Source of the DNA: Coriobacteriia bacterium
GTDB lineage: Bacteria; Actinomycetota; Coriobacteriia; Coriobacteriales; UMGS124
DNA length: 64,000 nt
Direction: 5' to 3'
Assembly: GCA_018368455.1 (NCBI GenBank)
Contig: JAGZEG010000002.1
Location: 198,949-262,948 of the forward strand
Shown: one piece after another, positions 37,275 to 46,443 of the stretch
How positions within the stretch are numbered: the first letter of the stretch is position 1
How the letters are laid out: every line of letters starts with the position of its first letter
Translations under genes and position numbers: made by a program
The notes under the pieces: generated by a model
What the model was told of the DNA's origin: nothing
What the model saw: only the letters and a program-made list of their open reading frames with translations
Databases searched by the model: none

Positions 37275-37561
37275 GACGCGCCAATCAAGGTGTATCCCCG
37301 ATACGACGCGAGTCTATTCCTCATGAGAGAAAATAAGACATTGTATATACAAATTATAATCTCTCTAACATAATTTCTTCTCACCTGTGATTGTTATAAG
37401 AAAGGAATGTCTTAACGATCAATTAAGGATCACAAGGCTAACTTTTGGGGATATCAGGGGTCAGAGCGCGGGGCAAGCTCGCGCATTCCCATCATCGCGG
37501 CGCGCCGCCCGCCTTCTCCACACGCGGCACCGGCGCGTCCTACCCCAGAAGGAGGCCCCCC

Positions 37562-39076
37562 ATGACCGCATTCGCATCCAACCCTGTCGCCCAGGCCCTC
37601 GTCGACCGCATCCCCGGCAAGCTCTACATCGGCGGCCAGTGGGTCGACGCCTCCGACGGCGCCACGCTCGACGTGTTCACGCCGGCAACTGGCGCCAAGA
37701 TCGCCGCAATCGCCGACGCCACACGCGATGACGTCGACCGCGCCGTCGACGTGGCCTGGCAGGCCTTCGAAACGTGGGGCGCCACGGACAAGGCTGAGCG
37801 CGCCCGCATCCTCACCCGCGTCGCCGACGTCATCGAGGAGCACGCCGAGGAACTCGCTCAGATCGAGACATACGACAACGGCAAGCCCATCCGCGAGACG
37901 CGTGCCATCGACGTCGCCTTCGCGGCCGATCACTTCCGCTACTTCGCCGGGGCTCTACTCGCCGAGACGGGCGAGGCCGACGTGCTGCCTGGCAACATGC
38001 TCTCGCTCGTGCTGCGCGAGCCCATCGGCGTCGTCGGCCAGATCGTGCCGTGGAACTTCCCGTTCCTCATGGCGGCGTGGAAGCTGGCGCCCGTGCTGGC
38101 CGCCGGCGACTGCACCGTGCTCAAGCCGTCCTCGACGACGAGCCTCTCCGTGCTCGAACTCGCCCGTCTCACGCAGGACATCATCCCCGCCGGCGTGTTC
38201 AACGTCGTGACGGGCAGGGGCTCGAAGTCCGGCCAGTATCTGCTCGAGAACAAGCGCCTCTCCAAACTCGCGTTCACCGGCTCCACCGAGGTCGGGCGCA
38301 CCGTGGCCGAGGCCGCAGCCGACCGGCTCATCCCCGCAACGCTCGAACTGGGCGGCAAGAGCGCCAACATCATCTTCCCCGACGCGAAGTGGGACATGGT
38401 GCTCGACGGCGTACAGCTCGGCATCCTGTTCAACCAGGGCCAGGTATGCTGCGCCGGCAGCCGCATCTTCGTGCACGAGGACGTCTACGACAAGTTCATC
38501 GAGGACATCGTGCCCGCGTTCCAGAAGGTCAAGGTGGGCTTGCCCTGGGAAGACGACACGCAGATGGGCTCGCAGATCGACGAGCGCCAGCTCAAGAAGA
38601 TCCTCGGGTACGTCGACATCGCAGTGCAGGAAGGCGGCCGCGTGCTGACGGGCGGGCATCGCGTCACCGACGATGCTCTCGGGGATGGCGCGTTCATGGA
38701 ACCGACGCTCATCGAGGTGCCGAACAACTCGTGCACCGTGTGCCAGGAGGAGATATTCGGGCCCGTGGCCGTCGTGCAGAAGTTCAGCTCCGAGGACGAG
38801 GTCATCGCTCTGGCCAACGACTCCGAGTACGGCCTGGGCGGCGCCGTGTGGACGCGCGACATCAACCGGGCGCTGCGCGTGGCCCGCGGCGTGCGCACGG
38901 GACGCATGTGGGTCAACACGTACAACCAGATCCCGTCGGGCGCGCCGTTCGGCGGCTACAAGGCGTCGGGCATCGGGCGCGAGACGCACAAGATGCTGCT
39001 CGACAGCTACTCACAGGTGAAGAACGTGATGATCAACCTGAATGAGGAGCCGAGCGGGTTCTACCCGGCAGAATAA
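37562..39076 (+). CDS. NAD(P)-dependent aldehyde dehydrogenase
   Basis: ATG 37562 with AGGAGG upstream. VVGQIVPWNFPF, LELGGKSANIIF (catalytic Glu), FNQGQVCCAGSR (catalytic Cys) and EEIFGPV are present. Confidence 0.9.
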   Translation: MTAFASNPVAQALVDRIPGKLYIGGQWVDASDGATLDVFTPATGAKIAAIADATRDDVDRAVDVAWQAFETWGATDKAERARILTRVADVIEEHAEELAQIETYDNGKPIRETRAIDVAFAADHFRYFAGALLAETGEADVLPGNMLSLVLREPIGVVGQIVPWNFPFLMAAWKLAPVLAAGDCTVLKPSSTTSLSVLELARLTQDIIPAGVFNVVTGRGSKSGQYLLENKRLSKLAFTGSTEVGRTVAEAAADRLIPATLELGGKSANIIFPDAKWDMVLDGVQLGILFNQGQVCCAGSRIFVHEDVYDKFIEDIVPAFQKVKVGLPWEDDTQMGSQIDERQLKKILGYVDIAVQEGGRVLTGGHRVTDDALGDGAFMEPTLIEVPNNSCTVCQEEIFGPVAVVQKFSSEDEVIALANDSEYGLGGAVWTRDINRALRVARGVRTGRMWVNTYNQIPSGAPFGGYKASGIGRETHKMLLDSYSQVKNVMINLNEEPSGFYPAE

Positions 39077-39087
39077 GCGACGAGCCA

Positions 39088-39149
39088 GGGCACGTGACGC
39101 GCGGGGTGGCTTCGGGGATCGACTCCGGGGCCACCCCGTGCCCTTTTAT
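39088..39149 (+). terminator. Rho-independent terminator after the aldehyde dehydrogenase gene
   Basis: gggcacg..ggggtggc...gccacccc.cgtgccc nested stem followed by TTTTAT. Confidence 0.6.
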
Positions 39150-39180
39150 GCAAGCGCCCCATCGCGGACGCGGGCCCGCG

Positions 39181-40743
39181 TCACCTGCCGCGCGTCATGT
39201 CGATGAGCTCCTGGCGCGAGTGGATATCGAGCTTGCGGTAGATGCTCTTGACGTGCGACTGCACCGTACCCATCGATATGCTGAGCAGCTCGGCGATCTT
39301 GCGCTGGCTGTTGCCGTCTGCCAGCAGCCCCGCCACGGCCAGCTCGCGCTCCGACAGCCCGAATCGCCCGAGGCCGTGCGCGCCTTCCGACCCGCCTCGC
39401 TCGGCTGCCTCACCCGCAACGCCAGCAACCTCCGCAGTTCCCGCCTCTCCAGAGAGGTGAACGGGGGCATCTCCCTCCCCCAGCTCCTCGGCCCCAAACG
39501 AATGCCCGAAGAACAGCACGGACGCCACGATGAGCGTGAACGCGACACCGCTCGAGAGGACGGGCACGAGGCCGGCCGGCTCGATACCCAGCGCGTTGAG
39601 CACGAGCGGCACCATGACGTAACCCAGCAGCGACGACACGGCGTCCACCACGACGAACACCGCGCCGAACGCGCCCACGATCGACATACGCCCGTCGCGC
39701 GCCACGTCGACAAGCACGATCCACAGCAGCAGGTCAAGGCAGGTTCGCCCGATGATCACGACCTGCGAGCCCAGGTCGTTCGGCCCCCAGCCCGTCCCGG
39801 ACAGCAGGAGCAGACCCGCAAAGAACACGATGGTCGCCGCAGGCCAGATGCCCTGCAAAGCCGCCCGGCTCGACGAGCGAAAGAACGTATAGGCAAACAG
39901 TAGAGCCGCAAACGCCACGGACAGGGCGTCTTGCGTGCTCATGGCAGGAGCGAGGGGCGCGCCGTTCACATAGCCCGACACGAAGCCGCGCACAACACCG
40001 CCCAGGACGAGACAGATCGCAAGTACGGCGATGAGACGGACGGGCAGAGGACGCCGAAAACTCACCGAGTCAGGAGCGTCCCCCGACGTCAGGGGCACCG
40101 CCATCCCGCGCGCGGCTGCGAGCCAGCACACAAGGCTCACCAGCGGCAGGCAAGCATTTACGACGAGCCCTGCCGGATCGGGAAGGAACATCACCATGCG
40201 CGTCGCCAGGCTCACGATGAACGAGCCCAGGGCCACGAGCGCCGCCGTGCGCGAGCGCATCGACACGTACCACGCCGCCCACAGATAGGTCAGCAGCACG
40301 AACACGACGGCGTAGAGCGTCGTGTCGACCAGGGACACGACGAACCCGAGCGCGCTTCCGAGAGATGCCAGCACCTCGATAATCTTCAGAGCAGCCTGTG
40401 CGCAAAACACGGCGAGCAGGGGCGCGGCGACGCGCGGGCCTGCCGGTCGCGCCCTGCGCGTCGCAAGCGCGCGACTCCCCACCACGACGAGAAGCGCGCA
40501 CGCCAAGTAGACGCTATACCATGCGACGGACTCCCCCGTCGTCGCATCGTGTCCCGCCAGGCTGTAGAACAGCGCATTGCGGCGCAGCAACGGCCAGTAC
40601 AGAGCCGCGCCCATAAACGCAGCGACTGCTGCTGCCATACGCATCGGAGCGCGCGCGGACACCGCGGAACTCCCGCCGACCACACGCCTCTCGCGGCCCG
40701 TGCTATCCGGCTCGTCCACCTCGCCCACGCCCGTTTCCCTCAT
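39181..40743 (-). CDS. Polytopic membrane LuxR-family transcriptional regulator
   Basis: Multiple TM helices, then C-terminal LSERELAVAGLLADGNSQRKIAELLSISMGTVQSHVKSIYRKLD (LuxR HTH). The start is uncertain (ATG 40743 chosen; ORF extends to 40833). Confidence 0.75.
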   Translation of the reverse strand: MRETGVGEVDEPDSTGRERRVVGGSSAVSARAPMRMAAAVAAFMGAALYWPLLRRNALFYSLAGHDATTGESVAWYSVYLACALLVVVGSRALATRRARPAGPRVAAPLLAVFCAQAALKIIEVLASLGSALGFVVSLVDTTLYAVVFVLLTYLWAAWYVSMRSRTAALVALGSFIVSLATRMVMFLPDPAGLVVNACLPLVSLVCWLAAARGMAVPLTSGDAPDSVSFRRPLPVRLIAVLAICLVLGGVVRGFVSGYVNGAPLAPAMSTQDALSVAFAALLFAYTFFRSSSRAALQGIWPAATIVFFAGLLLLSGTGWGPNDLGSQVVIIGRTCLDLLLWIVLVDVARDGRMSIVGAFGAVFVVVDAVSSLLGYVMVPLVLNALGIEPAGLVPVLSSGVAFTLIVASVLFFGHSFGAEELGEGDAPVHLSGEAGTAEVAGVAGEAAERGGSEGAHGLGRFGLSERELAVAGLLADGNSQRKIAELLSISMGTVQSHVKSIYRKLDIHSRQELIDMTRGR

Positions 40744-41081
40744 CCTTGATCCCCCGTACAAACTTGGTCCTGAGCTGGGATAACGAATGCAATACCTTGT
40801 TTTATAGCATTGCGGCGACGCGGCGCCTCCCACAAATCCCGCGAATTATGGGGGATGGCGCAACGCCGCCAGCCTACCGTTGAGATCACGCGGCGAGCCA
40901 ACGCGGCCTGGGGCCTGACGCCCCGCCCACGAGCAGGCTCCCGCACGCACCACACGCAAGGCGGGCACATCGTAAGGGAATGCGCCCGCAGCCTCCCCAG
41001 CATCGCATCGGGGGATTACCCGCCAAGACGTGCGGGCGTCCGCGGTGGGGGCGAGGCGCGACACTCGAAAGGGGTATCACC

Positions 41082-42743
41082 ATGGCTACGATCACGCGCA
41101 GGCAGATGGTCAAGGGTGCGGCACTCGGCGCCGCGACGATGGGCGCGCTCGGCGTTGCCGGCACCGCGCTGGCCGACGAGGCCGCAAGCTTCGACGAGGA
41201 GTACGACGTCGTCGTCCTGGGCATGGGCGCCGCCGGCATGGTCGCCGCCATCGCCGCCTACGAGGAGGGCGCCAAGGTCCTGCTGTGCGAGAAGGCCCCC
41301 GAGGGTGAGATCAGCGGCAACACCCGCTTCGCCGGCCAGAACATCCTGTCCACCGACGATGCCGACGCGTTCTACGCCTACCTCACCGGCCTCATGGGCA
41401 ACTACAAGAACTACGACGCCGAGTGCCTGCGCGCATACGCCGACGAGGCCGCGCAGAACTGGGACTGGAGCGTCAACGTCCTGGGCATCGACCCGGCCAA
41501 GGCCTGCCCCGAGGAGGAGTCCGGCATCGGCACGCCCAACCACCCCACGTGGGTCTACAAGGAGGACGCGTGGCACATGGGCCGCGGCGGCTGGGTGCCG
41601 ATGTGGAACGAGTTCCCCGAGCTCGAGGGCAACGAGGCGAGCCTGAACATCCTGTTCAACGCCACCGAGTTTGATATGTCCTACTACAACACGCTCGTCG
41701 AGAACGTCCAGAAGCGCTCGGGCGACAACCTGACCGTGTGGTACGCCGCCCCCGGCAAGGAGCTCATCCAGAACGAGGACGGCTCCATCGCCGGCGTCGT
41801 CATCGAGAAGGACGGTGCGGAGGTTCGCGTCGCGGCCAAGGGCGGCGTCTGCATGTGCACGGGCGGCTTCGAGAGCAACCCGGCCATGATCTCGAGCTTT
41901 GCGCAGCTCCCCTATCTGTATCCTCGCGCCGGCGCCTACAACGAGGGCGACGGCATCAAGATGTGCCAGGGCGTGGGCGCCCAGATGTGGCACATGTCCA
42001 ACCTCTCCGGCCTGGGCTTCGGCTATCACGCCGAGGGCGCTGCGACGGCCGTGAGCGTGTCCGGCGGCAAGCGCGGCATCTACGTCGGGCCCGTCGGCGG
42101 CCGCTTCATGAACGAGGCGTCCCAGTCGCGTCACGGCCGCGTGAGCTTCGGCGGCGCCTGGAACATGACGCCCATGCCCATGCCCGCCTACCTCATCGTT
42201 GACGCCGACCACATCGCCGACCCGCTGGCCACCGGCTTCTCCGAGGGCAACGCCGACGAGATCGCCTCGGGCGCCATCCTGTCCGGCGAGACGATCGAGG
42301 AGCTGGCCGAGGCCATCCGCGCCACCGGCAAGGCGCCGAACTTCAACGCTAACGGCGAGCTCGACGACGCGCTGGCCAAGTACAACGCCCACGTCGAGGC
42401 CGGCGAGACCGACGACTTCGGCCGCGAGTGCACCGAGGCCGTGAAGACGGGCCCGTTCTATGCGCTCGAGCTGTGCCCCACGCTGCTCAACACGCAGGGC
42501 GGTGCGCGCCACAACGCCAAGGCGCAGATCCTCGACACGAAGAACATGCCCATCGAGGGCCTGTTCAGCGGTGGCGAGTTCGGCTCCATCTTCCCCGACA
42601 TGTACAACGGCGGCGGCAACCTCGGCGAGACGATGATCTTCGGTCGCGTCGCCGGTCGAAACGCCGCCCTGCGCGCCAAGGGCGAGTTCGAGAGCGCAAC
42701 CGAGCCCGCCGTCCTCGTTGACGAGGAAGAGGCCGCGAAGTAA
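41082..42743 (+). CDS. Tat-exported FAD-binding flavoprotein reductase (fumarate reductase family)
   Basis: MATITRRQMVKGAALGAATMGALGVAGTALA Tat signal. DVVVLGMGAAGMVAAIAAYEEGAKVLLCEKAPEG FAD motif. C-terminal GLFSGGEFGS. Divergent from the LuxR gene. Confidence 0.8.
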   Translation: MATITRRQMVKGAALGAATMGALGVAGTALADEAASFDEEYDVVVLGMGAAGMVAAIAAYEEGAKVLLCEKAPEGEISGNTRFAGQNILSTDDADAFYAYLTGLMGNYKNYDAECLRAYADEAAQNWDWSVNVLGIDPAKACPEEESGIGTPNHPTWVYKEDAWHMGRGGWVPMWNEFPELEGNEASLNILFNATEFDMSYYNTLVENVQKRSGDNLTVWYAAPGKELIQNEDGSIAGVVIEKDGAEVRVAAKGGVCMCTGGFESNPAMISSFAQLPYLYPRAGAYNEGDGIKMCQGVGAQMWHMSNLSGLGFGYHAEGAATAVSVSGGKRGIYVGPVGGRFMNEASQSRHGRVSFGGAWNMTPMPMPAYLIVDADHIADPLATGFSEGNADEIASGAILSGETIEELAEAIRATGKAPNFNANGELDDALAKYNAHVEAGETDDFGRECTEAVKTGPFYALELCPTLLNTQGGARHNAKAQILDTKNMPIEGLFSGGEFGSIFPDMYNGGGNLGETMIFGRVAGRNAALRAKGEFESATEPAVLVDEEEAAK

Positions 42744-42950
42744 CCCGCCTTCCCCAGGCGTTCGCACGACCCCCTCTGGCCGCGCCCCCTTCCTTGCCGC
42801 CCCGATACGATTTGGTGTCGCATCGGTTACGACGAGGTCGGGGGCGCGGCCTTTCTCCTAGGAGAAGACTATGGTGAGCGCGTTGTTGGCTGCCCTACCC
42901 GGATCGATACGGGCGACAGCGCCATCCACGTGTGCAAGGGGGTCGTCTTC

Positions 42951-43436
42951 ATGAGCATGACACCGATGAACAACGCCGACTATCTGACCCATCTCCAGCA
43001 TGGCGAGGAGCTCCAAGCGCTCAAGGACGCCAAGAAGGCCAAGGGCTACACCTGGCAAGAGCTCGCCGACAAGGTGGGCGTCAACAAAGTGTGGCTGGCC
43101 TCGGCTTTCGACGGACAGCAGTACGTGCCCGAGGAGTATTGCGCCAAGCTCGCCGAGGCCCTGGGCGTGCCCGAGTCCGCGACGCTGTTCCTCTCCGAGC
43201 ATCCCTACAAGGGCAACACCGACCCGATCCTCTACCGCCTGCACGAGGTCATCGACACGTACGGGCCAGCGATCAAGAGCATCATCCACGAGCAGGGTGG
43301 CAATGCCATCATGAGCGCCATCGACTTCGGGCTGGACTGCGACGTCATAACCGACGACGAGGGCAACCACCGCGTCATCATCAAGCTCGACGGAAAGCTG
43401 CTCGCCTACGCGAAGAAGGGGACGTATCCCTGGTAA
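42951..43436 (+). CDS. cynS: Cyanase (cyanate hydratase)
   Basis: DPILYRLHEVIDTYGPAIKSIIHEQGGNAIMSAIDF..RVIIKLDGKLL parallels E. coli CynS [47 protein letters not shown]. Confidence 0.85.
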   Translation: MSMTPMNNADYLTHLQHGEELQALKDAKKAKGYTWQELADKVGVNKVWLASAFDGQQYVPEEYCAKLAEALGVPESATLFLSEHPYKGNTDPILYRLHEVIDTYGPAIKSIIHEQGGNAIMSAIDFGLDCDVITDDEGNHRVIIKLDGKLLAYAKKGTYPW

Positions 43437-43459
43437 GGGAAGCACCCGTCGATTCGAAG

Positions 43460-43507
43460 GAAGCGCGTCGCCCCTTCTAGCGGGAGGGCGGCGCGCTTCT
43501 TTGTTTC
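43460..43507 (+). terminator. Rho-independent terminator after cynS
   Basis: gaagcgcgtcgccc / gggcggcgcgcttc 14-bp stem (1 mismatch) followed by TTTGTTT. Confidence 0.65.
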
Positions 43508-43815
43508 GAGCCTTTTGCCGGGCGGCTCTAGCAAACCTGCAGAAAAATGGGGCGAGGCTGACCTAAAATCGAGCTCGTGAATACCTGCGGAGTCGGATAG
43601 GGCACATGGCGGCCTCCTGACCCGCAGTTTCTCTAGCAGGTTCATACCGCTGGACACGGAATCCGGCCTGTCGGGAGAATGCAGGCGTTCACGACCTCGT
43701 TTTCTGGCCGCAATCTCGCCGTCGAGCGACAAAACGCGCGAGCAGGCGAACGCGAAAGGCGCAAACGAGAGCGAGTTACGAGTCTCATTGGCCCCGGAAA
43801 GGCGGTTCATCCCAG

Positions 43816-44478
43816 ATGTCGCTCATGGACTACACGATCGGCCTCGTGTTCTTCGACGTGGACAGCGCGCTCGTGCGCGGCGTCAGCTCGAGTCGCTATC
43901 TGGCGCAAAAGCTGGGCAACCGCAAGCAGATGCTCGAGGCCGAGGCCGCCCTTGAGCGCGAGGAGATCGACAAGGCGGAGTTCTACCGCATCGACGCCGC
44001 AGCCTGGAAGCGCCACAAGCCCGAAGAGGTGCGCGCCTGGCTCGACGACATGCCGCTCATGGACGGCATCGAGGAGGTCACCGACTGGTGCCGCCGTCAC
44101 GGCCTGGCACCGTACGTCTCATCGCTGGCGTGGAACTTCGTGGGCAACTACCTGGCAGAGCGCTTTGGCTTCGAGGGATGCTGCGGGCCAGAGCTCGAGG
44201 AGCGGGCGGGCATGTTCTCGGGCCGCGTCGCGCACCTGTTTGACGCAGACGACAAGCTCGTCTATGCACAAGGGCTGTGCGAGAAGCTCTACATCGAGCC
44301 CCGGGCGTGTGCGGCTGTGGGCGACGGGCGTTCCGACCTGCCGCTCTTCGGGTTCGTTGGGTGCCCGATCGCCTTCAACGCCAGCAACGTCGTCAAGGCG
44401 CAGGCCCGCTTCTCCGCCCGCAGCACCGATCTACGCGACATCCTCCCCTACCTGCAGGAGTGGGAGCGCGAGCTGTAG
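43816..44478 (+). CDS. HAD-superfamily phosphatase (HAD-IB/SerB-like)
   Basis: VFFDVDSALV (DxD nucleophile motif), ..VSS.. and AVGDGRSDLPLF (motif IV). About 220 aa. Confidence 0.7.
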   Translation: MSLMDYTIGLVFFDVDSALVRGVSSSRYLAQKLGNRKQMLEAEAALEREEIDKAEFYRIDAAAWKRHKPEEVRAWLDDMPLMDGIEEVTDWCRRHGLAPYVSSLAWNFVGNYLAERFGFEGCCGPELEERAGMFSGRVAHLFDADDKLVYAQGLCEKLYIEPRACAAVGDGRSDLPLFGFVGCPIAFNASNVVKAQARFSARSTDLRDILPYLQEWEREL

Positions 44479-44479
44479 A

Positions 44480-44760
44480 GGGGAGCGCCGGCGTCCGCAG
44501 GGGCCATCCCCGCAAAGCGACCCCTGCCGCCCGGCCCTAAGAGGCCCGCTCGGCAGTGACCGCCCATCCTGCAGGGCCCGGCCATCCCGCGAGGCCGCCC
44601 GACAAGGTCGCTCTCCCGGCAGGCCCGCTCGGCAGGGGCCGCCTACCCCGCAAGGCCCGCCCATCCTGCAGGCCCGACCATCCCGCAAGGCCGCCCGACC
44701 CGCAGGGGCCGCCCACCCGGCAGGACCCGGCCGTCCTGCAAGGCCGCCCGACAAGGTCAG
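44480..44760. repeat. GC-rich degenerate tandem repeat array (core ..atcc[ct]gca[ag]gg(c)ccgccc..)
   Basis: At least 9 recognisable iterations of ccgcaaggccgccc-like units, plus a larger ~80-nt periodicity (ggcccgctcggcag..). ORFs on both strands look like repeat artefacts. Confidence 0.6.
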
Positions 44761-44931
44761 CTTTTTCGTTTGTGCCAGGTTTTGCAAAATCGAGCGCCGG
44801 AATTGTCCCCGATTCACGGTTATGCAAGGTTTGCGGGGCAGCTTTTCAACACGCATCCGTGAGCAACCAGGAAAACCGCAGGCAGGAGAGCTGCCTGCTC
44901 CGAGCCCGTCTTATCCCGGGCGTGAAAAAGC

Positions 44932-45014
44932 CGCGCAAACCTCGCACATCCGAAATCTGCGCCCATTTCCGGGGCCGTCTTTTGCAAAACCTGGCATAAC
45001 CGCAGAATGTGGCC
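44932..45014. repeat. Intergenic repeat unit, TTTTGCAAAAC family
   Basis: cgcgcaaacctcgcacatccgaaatctgcgcccatttccggggccgtcttttgcaaaacctggcataaccgcaga aligns with 8310..8393. A degenerate partial copy lies at about 44768..44812. Confidence 0.7.
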
Positions 45015-45072
45015 AGGATTTTGGGCGAGAGATGGAATCCCCCCATCTTCCCCCAAGTCGAACCCGCACAAC

Positions 45073-45123
45073 AAAAAACGTCTCCGCAGGCTTTCGGCTG
45101 TAAGCCGTTTACCTGCGGAGACG
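45073..45123 (-). terminator. Rho-independent terminator of tRNA-Leu
   Basis: The minus strand has a 12-bp stem cgtctccgcagg/cctgcggagacg followed by TTTTTT. Confidence 0.75.
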
Positions 45124-45136
45124 TCTTCGTCTCAGG

Positions 45137-45223
45137 TGGTGCGGGCGAAAGGACTTGAACCTTCATGGGGTTGCCCCCACATGGACCTGAACCATGCGCG
45201 TCTGCCAATTCCGCCACGCCCGC
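45137..45223 (-). tRNA. tRNA-Leu (anticodon CAG), CCA encoded
   Basis: Acceptor gcgggcg/cgcccgc, anticodon stem catgg/ccatg with loop tt-CAG-gt, long variable arm, T-arm aaggttcaagtcctt. Confidence 0.9.
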
Positions 45224-45346
45224 GTGAGACAAGAATTTACTACGACGTCGTCACCCTGTCCAGGAACAGGCACAAATAACCCGAAATATGGAGAGAAGAA
45301 CACAAACTTGCCCCTAATACGCGCACGAATACCCCGACGAGCCAAC

Positions 45347-46105
45347 CTACGCCACGCCCAAGGCCTGCTCCGCCTGAAGCATCGCAGCATCCATAGCGTC
45401 AAGCGCAGCCTTCGCGGCGCCGGCCGTCGAGTACAGGCGCCCCACTGCAAGCATGTCACCCGACTTGAACGCGCGAACATCTTCGACAAGCTGGCCCACC
45501 TGGTCGCAGAACTCGGCGCAGCTCTCGTTCGCGTCGTTCATACTTTGCCGGGCTCCCGACGGCAATATCGACGACGGCGCGTTCGCCAGGGCCGTCGCGC
45601 GCAGATTCGTCGCGTTGGCACTGACCGTCGCCAACGTCGTGTCGTCGAGCGCCGTCAGCATGTCCGTTGCCGTGCGGCTACCGCCGGAAACGCCCTCGAT
45701 CATCGTTGCATCGACGTCCGTACCAGCAAACACTCGCTGTACTGGCGCAGCTACGGCATCCTTCCACGTTTGGTACGCCGCGCCCTGCTCGGGATCGGCA
45801 AAGCTGGAGGCAGTCGTTTGGCCTCCGCTCCCTGCCCCGAACAGTCCGCTCAAGTCAGGCAGGCTGAGACCCGCGCCCGAGCCGGACGTCGCCTCAGCCG
45901 CACCGCTAACGAGAGGCGAGGTGTTCACCAGATCGTCAATCGCGGCCTTTATCGCGTCGACACCGCCCTCGAACGACGCGCTGAGCTCGCCGAACCCCTC
46001 GCGCACCGCCGCGCTTCCGAGCGTGTATACCGCGGATACGACACCGAGCACAACCACGACACTCAGCAGAATGCTCGTGATAATGGAGAGCACCTTGTAC
46101 ACCAT
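45347..46105 (-). CDS. Membrane-anchored hypothetical protein
   Basis: ATG 46105 with GGAGG upstream. N-terminal TM helix (VLSIITSILLSVVVVLGVVSAVY), then an Ala/Ser/Thr-rich helical ectodomain. No family recognised. Confidence 0.55.
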   Translation of the reverse strand: MVYKVLSIITSILLSVVVVLGVVSAVYTLGSAAVREGFGELSASFEGGVDAIKAAIDDLVNTSPLVSGAAEATSGSGAGLSLPDLSGLFGAGSGGQTTASSFADPEQGAAYQTWKDAVAAPVQRVFAGTDVDATMIEGVSGGSRTATDMLTALDDTTLATVSANATNLRATALANAPSSILPSGARQSMNDANESCAEFCDQVGQLVEDVRAFKSGDMLAVGRLYSTAGAAKAALDAMDAAMLQAEQALGVA

Positions 46106-46443
46106 ATGAATCGCCTCCTTCGCCTGCCGACTATAGCATGCGACCGTGGCGCCCCCGTGCCGGCCGGCTCCCGCGGCCACCGGCCCGCCTACGCTTCATC
46201 GAATGCGGGCTAACTCGCATGTGTTTTCGTAGCTAGTCCAAAAAAGGATCAGTTTTCCTGCGGTTTTATCTTTCATGTTCCCCATGCGAAGATTAAGCAA
46301 CGCGAGTCAGCCCGCACTCGACGGCGGGGAGGACGCGGCCTGGGAGCAGCCTGCAGCTCGGAAGCGACCCCGGCCCGCGGGAGCAACTTGCTCGCGGGGT
46401 ACAATGACCGGAAGCTCGTCCCCGGCAAGAAAGGCCCATCGCC

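Noticed and set aside
44431-44999. Collagen-like or Gly-Pro-rich ORFs on both strands of the GC-rich repeat
   Set aside because: ORFs exist in several frames and strands at once, have no RBS, and are explained by the repeat itself.
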